A DNA stretch of 64,000 nucleotides from contig CAXXLQ010000004.1 of assembly GCA_963668695.2 (NCBI GenBank), forward strand, positions 1,856,001 through 1,920,000. The letters are read 5' to 3'. Positions 19,133 through 29,180 of this stretch are shown here, piece after piece. Each line of letters opens with the position of its first letter. Within the stretch, counting starts at the first letter, position 1. A program made the position numbers and the translations under genes. Source of the stretch: Vicinamibacteria bacterium (GTDB taxonomy: Bacteria > Acidobacteriota > Vicinamibacteria > Marinacidobacterales > Marinacidobacteraceae). The notes below the pieces were generated by a model that was not told the origin of the DNA, did no database searches, and was given only the letters and a program-made list of their open reading frames with translations.

Positions 19133-20290
19133 TCAGGATCCCGGAGTCAGGTCGAGCGCCTCGACCACGTCCTGCCAGGACACGAACTTGAAGTTCTGGT
19201 TGGCCTCGGAGCCGTCCGCGGCTACGTTGACGCCGTCCTGCACCACGAGCAGGCCCATTGGATAGCTCGGCCCGAGCGGCGCGGACACGACATCCAGCCC
19301 GTCCGTGTCCTCAGTCCCGTCGACCGTTCCGCTGCCGTCACCCACGCGGAATGTCCCGCGGTAGGCGTGCGGCGGCGCACGGTCGTAGACGACGTAGGTG
19401 TTGTTCCCCTGACTGGACGCCACCAGAAAACCATCGAGCGGGCCGCCGTCCGGCGAAGCGTGGAGGGTCAGGCCTTCGACCGAGGCCGCCAGGCGTGCCC
19501 CCGGGACCTCACCGACCCCGGTGCGGTCAACCAAGAAGCGCTCGGTTGCCGCGGCGTCGGGCTCGGCGCCATAGCGCCAGATGCCCACCTCTTCCTCGCC
19601 AACGAACAGCCAGCCGTTCGCGTCGTCGGCAACGCACCCCTCCGTCTTGCTGCCGATCGCCCAGGAGCGCACCCGCGTGCCGGTCAATCCGCGCCCCCCG
19701 TCGCGATCCAGCCGCCACTGTTCTACCGCGCCTCCGAAATCGATGGCGAAGACGTACAGGTCACCGCTCGCCGCGCTGCGGTACATGCACAGACCGTAGG
19801 GCTCTTCCCGGAAGCCCGGCGTGATCGGAGCACTCAGCAGCGGCGACAGGCTGCCCGTCGCGGGATCAAGCGCGAAGACGTTGACCGTCCGGGCGGTGCG
19901 GTTCGTAGCCGCGACGACAATTGCCTCCTCCGGGCCGGCACCGCCAACCGCAGCGCGTAGATCGACGTTGTTGACCGGACCGACGTCGTTCGTCGAGACG
20001 ACTTCGCCGTCAAGCCCGTAGACGACCAACCCGCGTCGCTTGTTGGTCGCCACGATGAGACTCGCCTGCGGGTCCGCCGTGTTGACCCAGATCGCCGGGT
20101 CGTCCGCGGCGTCGCCGCCGTCCGCGACCGGTGGGGTTTCCGTGACCGCCACCACCGTCTGGGTATCAGCGGGTTGCGGAGGGGGTCCGGCGCGCAGGAA
20201 TTCCCTCACCCGACGGCCCGCCGTCCCACCGCACCCGGCGAACGCGAGCGTAAACGTTGTGACCGCGGTCAGAAAAACCCGGATCTTCAT
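19133..20290 (-). CDS. Beta-propeller 3-phytase, lipoprotein
   Basis: DAADDPAIWV, NNVDLR, EGCVADD, ASSQGNNTY, TDGLDV, LLVVQDG and QNFKFVSW motifs; lipobox FAGC. Confidence 0.92.
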   Translation of the reverse strand: MKIRVFLTAVTTFTLAFAGCGGTAGRRVREFLRAGPPPQPADTQTVVAVTETPPVADGGDAADDPAIWVNTADPQASLIVATNKRRGLVVYGLDGEVVSTNDVGPVNNVDLRAAVGGAGPEEAIVVAATNRTARTVNVFALDPATGSLSPLLSAPITPGFREEPYGLCMYRSAASGDLYVFAIDFGGAVEQWRLDRDGGRGLTGTRVRSWAIGSKTEGCVADDANGWLFVGEEEVGIWRYGAEPDAAATERFLVDRTGVGEVPGARLAASVEGLTLHASPDGGPLDGFLVASSQGNNTYVVYDRAPPHAYRGTFRVGDGSGTVDGTEDTDGLDVVSAPLGPSYPMGLLVVQDGVNVAADGSEANQNFKFVSWQDVVEALDLTPGS

Positions 20291-20303
20291 GCCGCCTTCT
20301 CCT

Positions 20304-21395
20304 TCACACTTTCAGGTAGATCCGCCGCCGGTCCAGAACCACCGCGATCGCCGTCCACACCGCCACGTTCGCGAGGGCGAACCCGAGGGATCCGTTCAGC
20401 GGGCCGAGCCAAGACGCGAAGAGCGTATCGTAGGTCCAGGTGTAGGCCGAGCCGTCGCCCCGCTCGGGAAAGAGCAGCATGGTCTTGATGACCAGCCCGG
20501 AGCCCACGAAGGCCAGGATGGAGTTCTTCCCGAGCGCCTCCAGGGGAGCGGTCCAGCGCGGCGGCTTCCGGAGGTCCATGATCAGGAAGAAGCGAGGCAG
20601 CAGGCAAAGCGCGATGCCCGCGGTGAACAGCACGTAGGAACTCGTCCAGAGGTTCTTGTTGATCGGCAGCCAGAAGCTCCAGATCCAGCCCGCGGTCAGC
20701 AGCGTGAATCCGGCGGTCAGCATGCCGGTCGTCTTCTGGAAGGGGGGGCTGGCCGACCGGAGCCACTGTCCACAGAAAATCCCGAGCAGCGCGCTTGCGA
20801 TCGCCGGGACCGTGGAGAGGACCCCCTCGGGGTCCCAGGTCCCCTGGTAGAGGGTCCCGGGCAGGAGGACGCGGTCCAGGAAGGCGGCGATGTTCGTTCC
20901 GGGGTCGAGGTCGCCCGCGACGCCGCCCGAAGCGGGGACGAACCGCATGACGGCGGCGAAGCCGATCAGGCAGGCGGCGGTGAACGCGGTGAGGCCCCGG
21001 CGGCCCAGCCACAGGAACGCCGCACCGACCACCAGATAGACCACCCCGATCCGCTGCAGCACGCCCGGCAGCCGGAGGCTCCCAAGGTCGACGAACGGCC
21101 AGGCCGCGAGCAGCAGGCCGAGCAGGATGAGGATCGAGCTGCGGCGCAGAACCCGGAGGAAGAGCGTCCCGCGCGGGTCTCCCGTTTCCATCCGCCGCCC
21201 CAGCGAGAACGGAATGGCCACGCCCACGATGAACAGGAAGAAGGGGAAGATCAGGTCCGTCGGCGTCCAGCCATGCCACGGCGCATGGAGCAGCGCCGGA
21301 TACACGTGGTCCCAGCTCCCCGGGTTGTTCACCAGGATCATCCCGGCGATCGTTGCCCCGCGGAAGGCGTCCAGGGAACGGAGACGTTTCGGCAC
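20304..21395 (-). CDS. HGSNAT/NagX-like (DUF5009) membrane acyltransferase
   Basis: RLRSLDAFRG, MILVNNPG, HAPWHG.TPTDLIFPFFLFIVG, GVLQRIG, DPEG and PINKNLWTSSY motifs; start inferred at GTG 21395. Confidence 0.88.
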   Translation of the reverse strand: MPKRLRSLDAFRGATIAGMILVNNPGSWDHVYPALLHAPWHGWTPTDLIFPFFLFIVGVAIPFSLGRRMETGDPRGTLFLRVLRRSSILILLGLLLAAWPFVDLGSLRLPGVLQRIGVVYLVVGAAFLWLGRRGLTAFTAACLIGFAAVMRFVPASGGVAGDLDPGTNIAAFLDRVLLPGTLYQGTWDPEGVLSTVPAIASALLGIFCGQWLRSASPPFQKTTGMLTAGFTLLTAGWIWSFWLPINKNLWTSSYVLFTAGIALCLLPRFFLIMDLRKPPRWTAPLEALGKNSILAFVGSGLVIKTMLLFPERGDGSAYTWTYDTLFASWLGPLNGSLGFALANVAVWTAIAVVLDRRRIYLKV

Positions 21396-21400
21396 GAGTG

Positions 21401-22975
21401 CTATGGATCCCGGATCGCGCCGATCGCCAGTTCGAGCAGTTCCTGATCGTAGGTCTCGAAGTTGGCGCGCGTCAGGGGCACGTAGATATCGGGCACCACC
21501 GGATTGCCCTCCAGGATCTCCGTATTGGGCCGGAGCGTGTGCCCGATGTTCCACATGAACTCGGCCACCGGCCGATCGGTACCGGGGAACGTGAGAACCT
21601 CTTCGTGTTCCCAGGTGTTGCTGTAACCGCCTGCCGGCATCCCCACGACCGGCGCGAGATCGTTGTCGGCGAACATGGACACGAACTGGTCCAGATGCGA
21701 ACCGCCGTGGGGTCCGGCGATGATCGCCACCCGCCCCCGGAAGTGCACCGGCGCCGGTTGCAGGATGCCGCCCGAGTCTCTCGGCAGGTGCGCGAGCTTG
21801 AAGGGCGTGGGCGGCGTGTAGTCGTCCCCCCGCAGGATCGCTTCCGCCGCATCGGTTCGCGCCCAGTCGCGGAGCCAACTGCGGCTGAGGTTCAGCCCGA
21901 AGATGTCCGGGGCGCTCTCGTCGATCTCCATGTTCTGGAACCGCTCGATCAACGCCTCTCCGGCGTCGCTCAGCCGGACATTCCCGTAGGTCGTGCGAAA
22001 CGCCCGATCCACCAGGCGCTGGATCGCGTAGGCCCCGTGCGAGCCTCCACTGCTCCCCCTGACGTCGATGACCACGTCGAAGTCCAGCACTTCGTCCCGC
22101 TCCGCCAGTTCCATGAGATCCATGACGTCCTGGATGAGTGAGAATTCGAAATCAAACCACTGCAGGAGGACGATCCGCTCGTCTTCGTTCACGTGGACTC
22201 GGAAGTTCTCCCGTTCCAGGACCATCTCGAGGTCCGGGTATTCCGGCTCGGGTCCCACGGTGTGCGTGTCCGGGTCCCCGTAGGGGAGGGACACCTCGTA
22301 ACGGTCGCCCGGAGTGCGCTCCAGCGTGAGGTTCAGGGTTTCCGAGTACAGGTCGAGCGGGACGCCCGGCACCAGCATGGGCAGCTCACGAGCCATGTGC
22401 CAGTAGAGCCCGGGCAACGAGGAGTGACGTATCCACGAGGTGAACTCCTCGACGTACTCCGCGATGCTCCGGCCGTTAACGGCGACGATGAGGTCCCCCG
22501 GTTCGGGGGAGGACAGGCCCATCCCCACCCTGGCGACAAAGAACGACGGGTTGTCGAGGTCGGAGTAGTCCGGCAGGACGTGGATCGGCGCGACGAGTTC
22601 CGGGGCGATGGGAACGTGCAGGCCGCCGTCCACCGGGTTTACCGACAGATGGCGGTCCCGCCGCGCGTTGCTGAGCTTGACCAGCGCGTAGTAGAGGTCC
22701 GCCTCGCTCTCCGCCGCGACGAACTCCGAGCGGAGAGCCTTCATGTCGGCCAGCGGGGAATAGGACAGGGCCTCCTCCTTGACTTCCGAAAAGGCCTCCC
22801 GCCGTTCGGTCTTTTCGATGATCTCGTCGAAGAGTTCCCCCAACTGGCCGGTGGACACCTCCAGCGGGATCTGGGGCACCTCCCGCATTGGAAGGCTCGT
22901 CTCGGGCATCCCGCAGCCTGCCGCCAATAACAGCCCGAGGAACAGACTGGGACAGACGGAACGCGGTCGGATCAT
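21401..22975 (-). CDS. S41 (tail-specific protease)-like lipoprotein
   Basis: Lipobox AAGC; PDZ-like PGDLIVAVNG; IDVRGSSGG, GS..DQF, VVGMPAGG and EGNPVVPD motifs. Confidence 0.65.
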   Translation of the reverse strand: MIRPRSVCPSLFLGLLLAAGCGMPETSLPMREVPQIPLEVSTGQLGELFDEIIEKTERREAFSEVKEEALSYSPLADMKALRSEFVAAESEADLYYALVKLSNARRDRHLSVNPVDGGLHVPIAPELVAPIHVLPDYSDLDNPSFFVARVGMGLSSPEPGDLIVAVNGRSIAEYVEEFTSWIRHSSLPGLYWHMARELPMLVPGVPLDLYSETLNLTLERTPGDRYEVSLPYGDPDTHTVGPEPEYPDLEMVLERENFRVHVNEDERIVLLQWFDFEFSLIQDVMDLMELAERDEVLDFDVVIDVRGSSGGSHGAYAIQRLVDRAFRTTYGNVRLSDAGEALIERFQNMEIDESAPDIFGLNLSRSWLRDWARTDAAEAILRGDDYTPPTPFKLAHLPRDSGGILQPAPVHFRGRVAIIAGPHGGSHLDQFVSMFADNDLAPVVGMPAGGYSNTWEHEEVLTFPGTDRPVAEFMWNIGHTLRPNTEILEGNPVVPDIYVPLTRANFETYDQELLELAIGAIRDP

Positions 22976-23183
22976 GGCCGCTCCTAGCGTACCGGGTTGA
23001 AGGAGCGCCGGGCTGCGCGCGTTCCGGATCCTGTTCCGGAACCCGCGCCGCCGACAGATCCCGTCCCAGCTACCGCATCAACTGCGTAACCCGCCTCCGG
23101 CTCACGCGCTGTACGCTCGCCGGCGCACCGGCACCTGTGATGGATACGACTCCGCCCTTCCGCACGCTCCGCAGGACCGATTG

Positions 23184-23768
23184 ATGCCGGCGTTTCCCGT
23201 TCTGGCCGGGTGGGTGGCTGGCGTGCTATCGCTGGCCGCGTTCGTCCCTTACATCGTGGCCATTCTGCGCGGCCAGACCCGTCCGAACCGGGCCACCTGG
23301 TGGATCTGGACGACCACCGGGCTGATCTTGGGCGCCAGTTACTACTTCTCCGGCGCCGAGACCACCATCTGGGTACCGGTGAGCTACATCGTCGGCCCCC
23401 TGGTGACCGCGGTACTCAGCATCCGCTACGGAGAGGGCGGATCGACTCCCCTGGACCGCGGCTGCCTCATGGGCGCCGGCAGCGGCCTCCTGCTCTGGTG
23501 GTGGTTCAACTCCCCGGTCGTCGCCCTGGTCATGACGCTCGGCGTTGATTTCCTGGGCGCGGTGCCGACCATCCGGAAGGCGTACCGCGCGCCGCACACC
23601 GAAGACCGCCTCGCCTGGGCACTCTTCATCGCCGGGAACACCTTCAATCTGCTCGCGGTGGAACGCTGGGATTTCGCCATCGCGGTCTACCCGGTGTACA
23701 TGTTCCTGGCGAGCGGAACGATCACGGCGCTCGTGCTGCGGCCGAGATCTAGGAGCCTGTCCCGGTAA
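23184..23768 (+). CDS. Uncharacterised multi-pass membrane protein
   Basis: About six hydrophobic segments; PYIVAILRGQTRPNRATWWIW and PTIRKAYRAPHTE motifs; stop codon supplied by the MITE end. Confidence 0.75.
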   Translation: MPAFPVLAGWVAGVLSLAAFVPYIVAILRGQTRPNRATWWIWTTTGLILGASYYFSGAETTIWVPVSYIVGPLVTAVLSIRYGEGGSTPLDRGCLMGAGSGLLLWWWFNSPVVALVMTLGVDFLGAVPTIRKAYRAPHTEDRLAWALFIAGNTFNLLAVERWDFAIAVYPVYMFLASGTITALVLRPRSRSLSR

Positions 23769-23922
23769 TCGCACGGCATTTGACGGGCGATGCATCCCGG
23801 CTGAACCGCTTCGCTCTGCGTTGCAAATCGGTCGAAATACACCCGGTATTCCTCCCGATTCGCGCCTTGTCAGCCGGGCGCCTCGCCCGTCTCGGTGCTC
23901 GCACCATTACCGGGAAAGACTC
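23753..23922. mobile_element. MITE-like element copy 3 (inverted, shortest, no 18-bp inserts)
   Basis: GAGCCTGTCCCGGTAAT ... ATTACCGGGAAAGACTC, flanked by CTAG/CGAG; core GATGCATCCCGGCTGAA...CGGTCGAAATAC...CGCGCCTTGTCAGCCGGGCGCCTCGCC matches the other copies. Confidence 0.7.
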
Positions 23923-23942
23923 CGAGTGATACAACCCCAGCC

Positions 23943-25223
23943 GTGACCCACCCCACCTTCCGTCGCATCCGCCCGCTCTGGCCCGACCACCTCGGCCTCG
24001 CCCGCGGCAAGGTCCTTCTTCCCAGCGCTGTCGCCACCGGGCACTGCCTCGCCACCTTCGCTCTCGGCTTCGACCGGGAGATGGACGCCTACCCGGGGTC
24101 CGGCCTCCTCGAGGGCCTCCCCGACATGCGCGCCGTCTTCGATCCGGCCGCGGTGCGGGAAGGCTGGACCGACGGCATCGGCGTGGTGGTTGCCGATCTG
24201 GAAGCGCACGGCAAGCCGCTCGAGCGTTCGCCCCGCCGCATCCTGAAGCGCGCGATCGCCGCGTACGAGGCCGACGGACGAGGCCCGGTGGTGGGCATCG
24301 AGCTGGAGGCGTTCCTGCTGCAACCTGACGGAGAGGGCGGCTTCAACCCGATCCACACTCCCGGCTCCCATGTCTACGGCTCGGGGCCGCTGATGGATCC
24401 CGACGGGATTCTGGAGGACGTGCTCGACGCCGCCGAGCGCGCCGGGATCGTGCTCGAGTCCTTCCACAGCGAGTACGAGGACGGGCAGTTCGAGCTGACC
24501 CTCGGCAAGAACGACGCCCTCACCGCCGCCGACGAGGCGTTCCTGTTCAAACTGCTGGCCCGCGAAGTAGCGGCGGAACGCGGCTACCACCTCACCTTCA
24601 TCGGGAAGCCGTTCACCGACCGCGGCGGGTCGGGGCTTCACGTCAACCTGAGTCTGGAGACGAAAGGAAAGAACCTCTTCGACGACCCGAAGGGCGATGC
24701 CGGCCTTTCGAAGCTGGCCTGGTCGGCGGTCGCCGGTCTTCTCCGTCACCACCGGGGGCTCGCCGGGGCGGTCGCCCCCACCGTGAACTCCTACCGCCGG
24801 CTGCGCCCGGGGCAGATGAGCGGCTACTGGGCCAACTGGGGCCACGACCACCGCGGCTGCACCGTGCGGATCCCCCGTGAGCGGGGCGAAGGGGCGCGAG
24901 TCGAGCACCGCCTCGCCGACGGCGCCTGCGGCCCCCACCTCGCGGTGGCGGCCACCCTGCTGGCTGCCCAGCTGGGGATCCGGCAGGAACTCACCCCTCC
25001 TCCCGAAGAGACCAGCGACTGTCTGGAAGGCGCTTCCACGGACGTCGCCGTGGCCGACGACCTCGCCCGCGCGCTGGATGATCTCGAGGCCGACGAGGAC
25101 CTCGTGGCTGCCTTCGGGGAGGAATTCGTGCGGATGCACGTCACGGTCAAGCGCCGCGAATGGGAGCGCTACCGCGCCCACACGAGTGACTGGGAGAAGC
25201 GCGAGTACCTTCCCTATCTCTGA
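23943..25223 (+). CDS. Glutamine synthetase-like gamma-glutamyl ligase (PuuA-like)
   Basis: GIELEAFL, HSEYEDGQFE, GSGLHVNLS, PTVNSYRRL and RVEHR motifs; start GTG 23943 inferred. Confidence 0.85.
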   Translation: MTHPTFRRIRPLWPDHLGLARGKVLLPSAVATGHCLATFALGFDREMDAYPGSGLLEGLPDMRAVFDPAAVREGWTDGIGVVVADLEAHGKPLERSPRRILKRAIAAYEADGRGPVVGIELEAFLLQPDGEGGFNPIHTPGSHVYGSGPLMDPDGILEDVLDAAERAGIVLESFHSEYEDGQFELTLGKNDALTAADEAFLFKLLAREVAAERGYHLTFIGKPFTDRGGSGLHVNLSLETKGKNLFDDPKGDAGLSKLAWSAVAGLLRHHRGLAGAVAPTVNSYRRLRPGQMSGYWANWGHDHRGCTVRIPRERGEGARVEHRLADGACGPHLAVAATLLAAQLGIRQELTPPPEETSDCLEGASTDVAVADDLARALDDLEADEDLVAAFGEEFVRMHVTVKRREWERYRAHTSDWEKREYLPYL

Positions 25224-25235
25224 GGACGCAGCCTA

Positions 25236-26465
25236 ATGAGCATGATTGCCCCTCCTCGAATCACGTCACTGAAAGTGCAGAACTACCGTGCCTTGCGCAA
25301 AGTTGTGCTACCCGACTTGACGCCGCTTACGGTGCTACTTGGCCCGAACGGTAGCGGGAAGTCGACCGTCTTCGATGTGTTCGCTTTTCTCTCGGAGTGC
25401 TTTACGGACGGAATTCGAAGGGCTTGGGATCGGCGTGGGCGCTTTCGTGAGTTACGCAGCCGGGCGAGCGACGGCCCGTTGGTGTTTGAACTCAAATACC
25501 GCGAGCGACACCGGACGCCCCTCATCACGTATCACTTGGAAATCGATGAGGAAAAGGGCCGGCCCGTAGTTACCCACGAGTTTCTGCGCTGGAAGAGGGG
25601 ACAGTGGGGCCAGCCGTTCAGATTCATGGAATACCGACGCGGTGAGGGAGAAGTGATTACGGGCGAGAGCCCGCAGCGCGACGACGTCCGAAGGCCACGC
25701 AGGTTGTCCGGCCCCGATGTTCTGGCCGTCAGCACGCTCGGAATGTTGGCGGAAAACCCTCGCGTGATCGCGTTCCGGGAATTCGTCACGAATTGGCATC
25801 TCTCCTATCTTTCCGCGGCCGCAGTGCGCGGAAACCCCGAGGCCGGGGGGCAGGAGCGGCTGTCGCCGACGGGCGACAATCTGGCCAATGTAATCCAGCA
25901 CCTGCGCGAACAACATTCCGACCGACTTGACGAGATCTTTCGGATCCTCCGCCGACGGGTGCCTCGAATCGAGAGGGTCCAAGCGGAGGCCCTGGCGGAC
26001 GGTCGCCTGCTTCTTCGGATCAAGGACGCCCCGTTTTCGACACCCGTGCTTTCGCGGTTCGCGTCGGATGGGACGTTGAAGATGTTGGCTTATCTAACGT
26101 TGCTGCACGATCCGGTCCCGCCGAAGCTGATCGGCATCGAGGAACCGGAGAACTTCTTGCACCCCAGGCTTCTGCCGGAACTGGCAGAAGAGTGTCGGGT
26201 CGCCTCGGAGAGCACCCAGTTGCTCATCACAAGCCATTCACCATTCTTCGTGGACGAACTACGGCCCACCGAAGTGCGTGTGCTTTGGCGCGACGAAGCG
26301 GGGTACACGCAAGTCCAGCGTGTCTCCGACAGCCGGGGTGTCAATGAATTCGTGGAAGAGGGCGCGCGTCTCGGCGACCTTTGGATGGAAGGCCATTTCG
26401 GCGCTGGCGATCCTCTCGTCAATCAAGGTGCACCGGCCAGAAGGCTGAGCGGTGGCGGTGAATGA
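25236..26465 (+). CDS. ABC-type ATPase (AAA_21)
   Basis: Walker A GPNGSGKS, signature-like SDGTLK, Walker [14 protein letters not shown]-loop ITSHSP. Confidence 0.9.
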   Translation: MSMIAPPRITSLKVQNYRALRKVVLPDLTPLTVLLGPNGSGKSTVFDVFAFLSECFTDGIRRAWDRRGRFRELRSRASDGPLVFELKYRERHRTPLITYHLEIDEEKGRPVVTHEFLRWKRGQWGQPFRFMEYRRGEGEVITGESPQRDDVRRPRRLSGPDVLAVSTLGMLAENPRVIAFREFVTNWHLSYLSAAAVRGNPEAGGQERLSPTGDNLANVIQHLREQHSDRLDEIFRILRRRVPRIERVQAEALADGRLLLRIKDAPFSTPVLSRFASDGTLKMLAYLTLLHDPVPPKLIGIEEPENFLHPRLLPELAEECRVASESTQLLITSHSPFFVDELRPTEVRVLWRDEAGYTQVQRVSDSRGVNEFVEEGARLGDLWMEGHFGAGDPLVNQGAPARRLSGGGE

Positions 26466-27079
26466 CCCCGCGCCACCTGGAATTCCTCGTGGAGGAGCCG
26501 TCCGTGGAGGAATTCCTGCGAGTGTTTCTTCCCCGTGCACTGCCCGAACAGGGTACGTTTGATGTCCACTCCTTCGGAAGCAAGAACGTCTTGCAGCGGG
26601 AACTCAAGAATCGTCTCCGCGGCTATGCGCGGTGGCTACCCGAGGACTGGCGCATCATCGTTGTGATGGACCGGGACAGCGACGATTGCCACGCGCTCAA
26701 GAAAGAACTGGAGATGGCGGCGTCGGCTGCGGGGCTGCGTACACGGTCTCAAGGTGGCAAGAGCCCCTGGCAGGTGGTCAACCGTATCGCCATTGAAGAG
26801 CTCGAGGCGTGGTATTTCGGCGATTGGGAGGCCGTGCGCGAGGCCTACCCTCGCGTTCCCGCTACCGTTCCTCAACGGGCGCCATTCCGCGACCCCGATG
26901 CGATTCTCGGAGGAACTTGGGAAGCGTTCGAGAGGATACTGAGGCGGCACGGGTACTTCAGGACCGGGTTACGGAAGAGGGAGGCAGCCCGGACAATCGC
27001 GGCTCAGATACGTCACGATAAAAGCCGCTCGCGAAGTTTCGAGGTGTTTGTTGAGGCCATTCTTGAAGCAGCAGCGTGA
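26462..27079 (+). CDS. DUF4276-like (TOPRIM/RloB-related) protein
   Basis: [30 protein letters not shown] and SRSF motifs; ATGA overlap with the ATPase gene. Confidence 0.8.
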   Translation: MTPRHLEFLVEEPSVEEFLRVFLPRALPEQGTFDVHSFGSKNVLQRELKNRLRGYARWLPEDWRIIVVMDRDSDDCHALKKELEMAASAAGLRTRSQGGKSPWQVVNRIAIEELEAWYFGDWEAVREAYPRVPATVPQRAPFRDPDAILGGTWEAFERILRRHGYFRTGLRKREAARTIAAQIRHDKSRSRSFEVFVEAILEAAA

Positions 27080-27203
27080 TACTCCTGGTAGCTAGGGAAC
27101 CGAACCGTTTCGGCGCTCACACCGGTGACCGGGACGAGCGACGATTCCCTTCCCTATGTGTCACGGCCTTTCCGTCGGATCCCGGTGTGCCGACTACCTT
27201 GCC

Positions 27204-28373
27204 ATGAGCTTCGCCGCGACGGTCACCGCCGAAGAACTCGACCGGGACCCGGATCCCATCCTGGCCCGCCTGCGCGAGGAGGAGCCGGTCGCCTGGATTC
27301 CCGCGCTCCAGATGTGGTTCGTGACCCGTTGGGACGACGTCCGGACGATGGAGGCTCAGCCGGAGATCTTCAGCGCCGCCACCGAGCCGAGCTTCCTGGC
27401 CCGGACCCTCGGCGAGAACATGCTCACCCTGGATCCGCCGGCCTGCACCCGGCTCCAGAAGGCCTGCAAGCCGCCCTTCCTGCGGGCCGGACGGAGCGGC
27501 TCCTTCGCGGAGAGTGAGCTCCCCGCGCTTTGCGACCGTCTCATCGCCTCCATGCGGGACGACGGCGAGGCGGACATCATCGCCGGCTATGCGGCTCTCG
27601 TCAGCGCCGGGTCGCTCGCCACCGTCCTGGGCCTCGACGCCTACGACTTCCGCGAGGTCTGGGACTGGTGCGAGGGCCTTTGCGTCGGGGTTGCGAATTT
27701 CGAACTGGAACCCGAGGCCTTCGCGGTCGGCCAGCGCGCCGCCGAGTCCGTCGAGGAGGCGGTGCTGGCCAGGCTCGGGGAGCTCCGCGAGCGTCCCGAG
27801 GCGTGCGGCCTCCTCCACCTCCTGCGGGCCGACCAGGACCTCTCCGCCGCCGAAATCGTGAACAACGTGCGGCTGATGATCTCCGGGGGAATCAACGAAC
27901 CCCGGGACGGAATCGGCCTCGTGGTCTGGACCATGCTCGCCGACGACGGACTCCGCGAGCAGGCGCTCGGCAGCCCGGCGGCGATGCGGCGCCTCGTGGA
28001 CGAGGTGCTCCGCCGCTACACGCCGGTGGGCACGATCACCCGCACCACCACCCGCGAAACCGAACTCGCCGGGGTCCGGCTCCCCGAGGGCGTCCTCGTC
28101 TCCGGCATCCTCCGCGCTGCGAACCTCGACCCCGCCCGCTTCCGGGACCCGGAACGTCTCGACCCCACCCGCATTGAGGGCGGGAACGCGGCCTTCGCCC
28201 TCGGCGTTCACCGCTGCCTCGGGGAATGGCTCGGACGGCAGGAGATCCGGGTCGGGGCCGAGCGCCTGTTCCGGAACCTCCCCGGGTTGCGCCTCCATCC
28301 CGACGAGCAGGTCACGCTGCGTGGTTTCGAATTCCGGGGTCCGAAGAGCGTTAGGGTGGTCTGGGACGCCTGA
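27204..28373 (+). CDS. Cytochrome P450
   Basis: Heme motif FALGVHRCLG, EVLR (ExxR), I-helix SGGINEPRD. Confidence 0.93.
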   Translation: MSFAATVTAEELDRDPDPILARLREEEPVAWIPALQMWFVTRWDDVRTMEAQPEIFSAATEPSFLARTLGENMLTLDPPACTRLQKACKPPFLRAGRSGSFAESELPALCDRLIASMRDDGEADIIAGYAALVSAGSLATVLGLDAYDFREVWDWCEGLCVGVANFELEPEAFAVGQRAAESVEEAVLARLGELRERPEACGLLHLLRADQDLSAAEIVNNVRLMISGGINEPRDGIGLVVWTMLADDGLREQALGSPAAMRRLVDEVLRRYTPVGTITRTTTRETELAGVRLPEGVLVSGILRAANLDPARFRDPERLDPTRIEGGNAAFALGVHRCLGEWLGRQEIRVGAERLFRNLPGLRLHPDEQVTLRGFEFRGPKSVRVVWDA

Positions 28374-28381
28374 GAACAAAG

Positions 28382-29176
28382 ATGACGACCGGTTTCCTCT
28401 TCCCCCGCACGCCCGCCGGCGACGCCTCCCTGCTCCGCTCGCCGCCGTGGTTCTACTCGGGCGAGATGCTGACCATCGAGTACCTCGCGGAACCCGGTGC
28501 GGTGGCGGCGCTGCTACCGGCCCCGCTCGAACCCGTCGCTGATCGCCCCGATGCGGTGGCCGCCATCTGGGCCGAATGGCAGTGTTGCAGTAGCTCGGGC
28601 GACGAGCTGCTCGACCCCGTGCGCGCCCAGTACAAGGAATGCCTGTTGGTGGTTCGCTGCCGCTACCGGGGCCGGGACTGGTCGCGCTGCGTCTTCATCT
28701 GGGTGGACAGCGACAGTTCGCTGGTGCGCGGCCATTTCCAGGGCTACCCCAAGAAGCTGGGCGAGATCTGGATGACCCGGCCGGCGCTCATCGGCCGGGC
28801 GGGACCGCGGCTCGCTGCGGGTGGGCGCTTCGGCGCGACCGTTGCCGCCGGCTCCCGCCGCCTCATGGAGACGGAGTTCACGATCACCGGGGAGGCCGAG
28901 TCAGCGGGCTTCGTGAATGCCCACCCCATGCTGCACCATCGCCTCATGCCAGGTGTCGAGGCTGACGGCTCGGACGCCCTTCACCAGATCGTCAAGGTAG
29001 CCTCGTCGGACGTGGAACTCGGGACCACCTACACCGGAAGCGCCACCTTGCGGGTGTTTCCTTCGCCCACCGAGGAACTCCTGACGTTGGCCCCCAGGGA
29101 GATTCTGGGCGGTTTCTGGCGGCGGGTCGGATTCACCTTCCGCGGGGGAGAGACCCTCGCGGGTACCGGGAAATAA
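28382..29176 (+). CDS. Acetoacetate decarboxylase-like superfamily protein
   Basis: PPWFYSG, LLPAPLEP, QYKEC and GHFQGYPKKLG (Schiff-base Lys) motifs. Confidence 0.88.
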   Translation: MTTGFLFPRTPAGDASLLRSPPWFYSGEMLTIEYLAEPGAVAALLPAPLEPVADRPDAVAAIWAEWQCCSSSGDELLDPVRAQYKECLLVVRCRYRGRDWSRCVFIWVDSDSSLVRGHFQGYPKKLGEIWMTRPALIGRAGPRLAAGGRFGATVAAGSRRLMETEFTITGEAESAGFVNAHPMLHHRLMPGVEADGSDALHQIVKVASSDVELGTTYTGSATLRVFPSPTEELLTLAPREILGGFWRRVGFTFRGGETLAGTGK

Positions 29177-29180
29177 CGAA

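Noticed and set aside
23943-25223. Calling the GS-like gene glnA
   Set aside because: Divergent N-terminus and catabolic context fit a gamma-glutamyl ligase better than the housekeeping enzyme.
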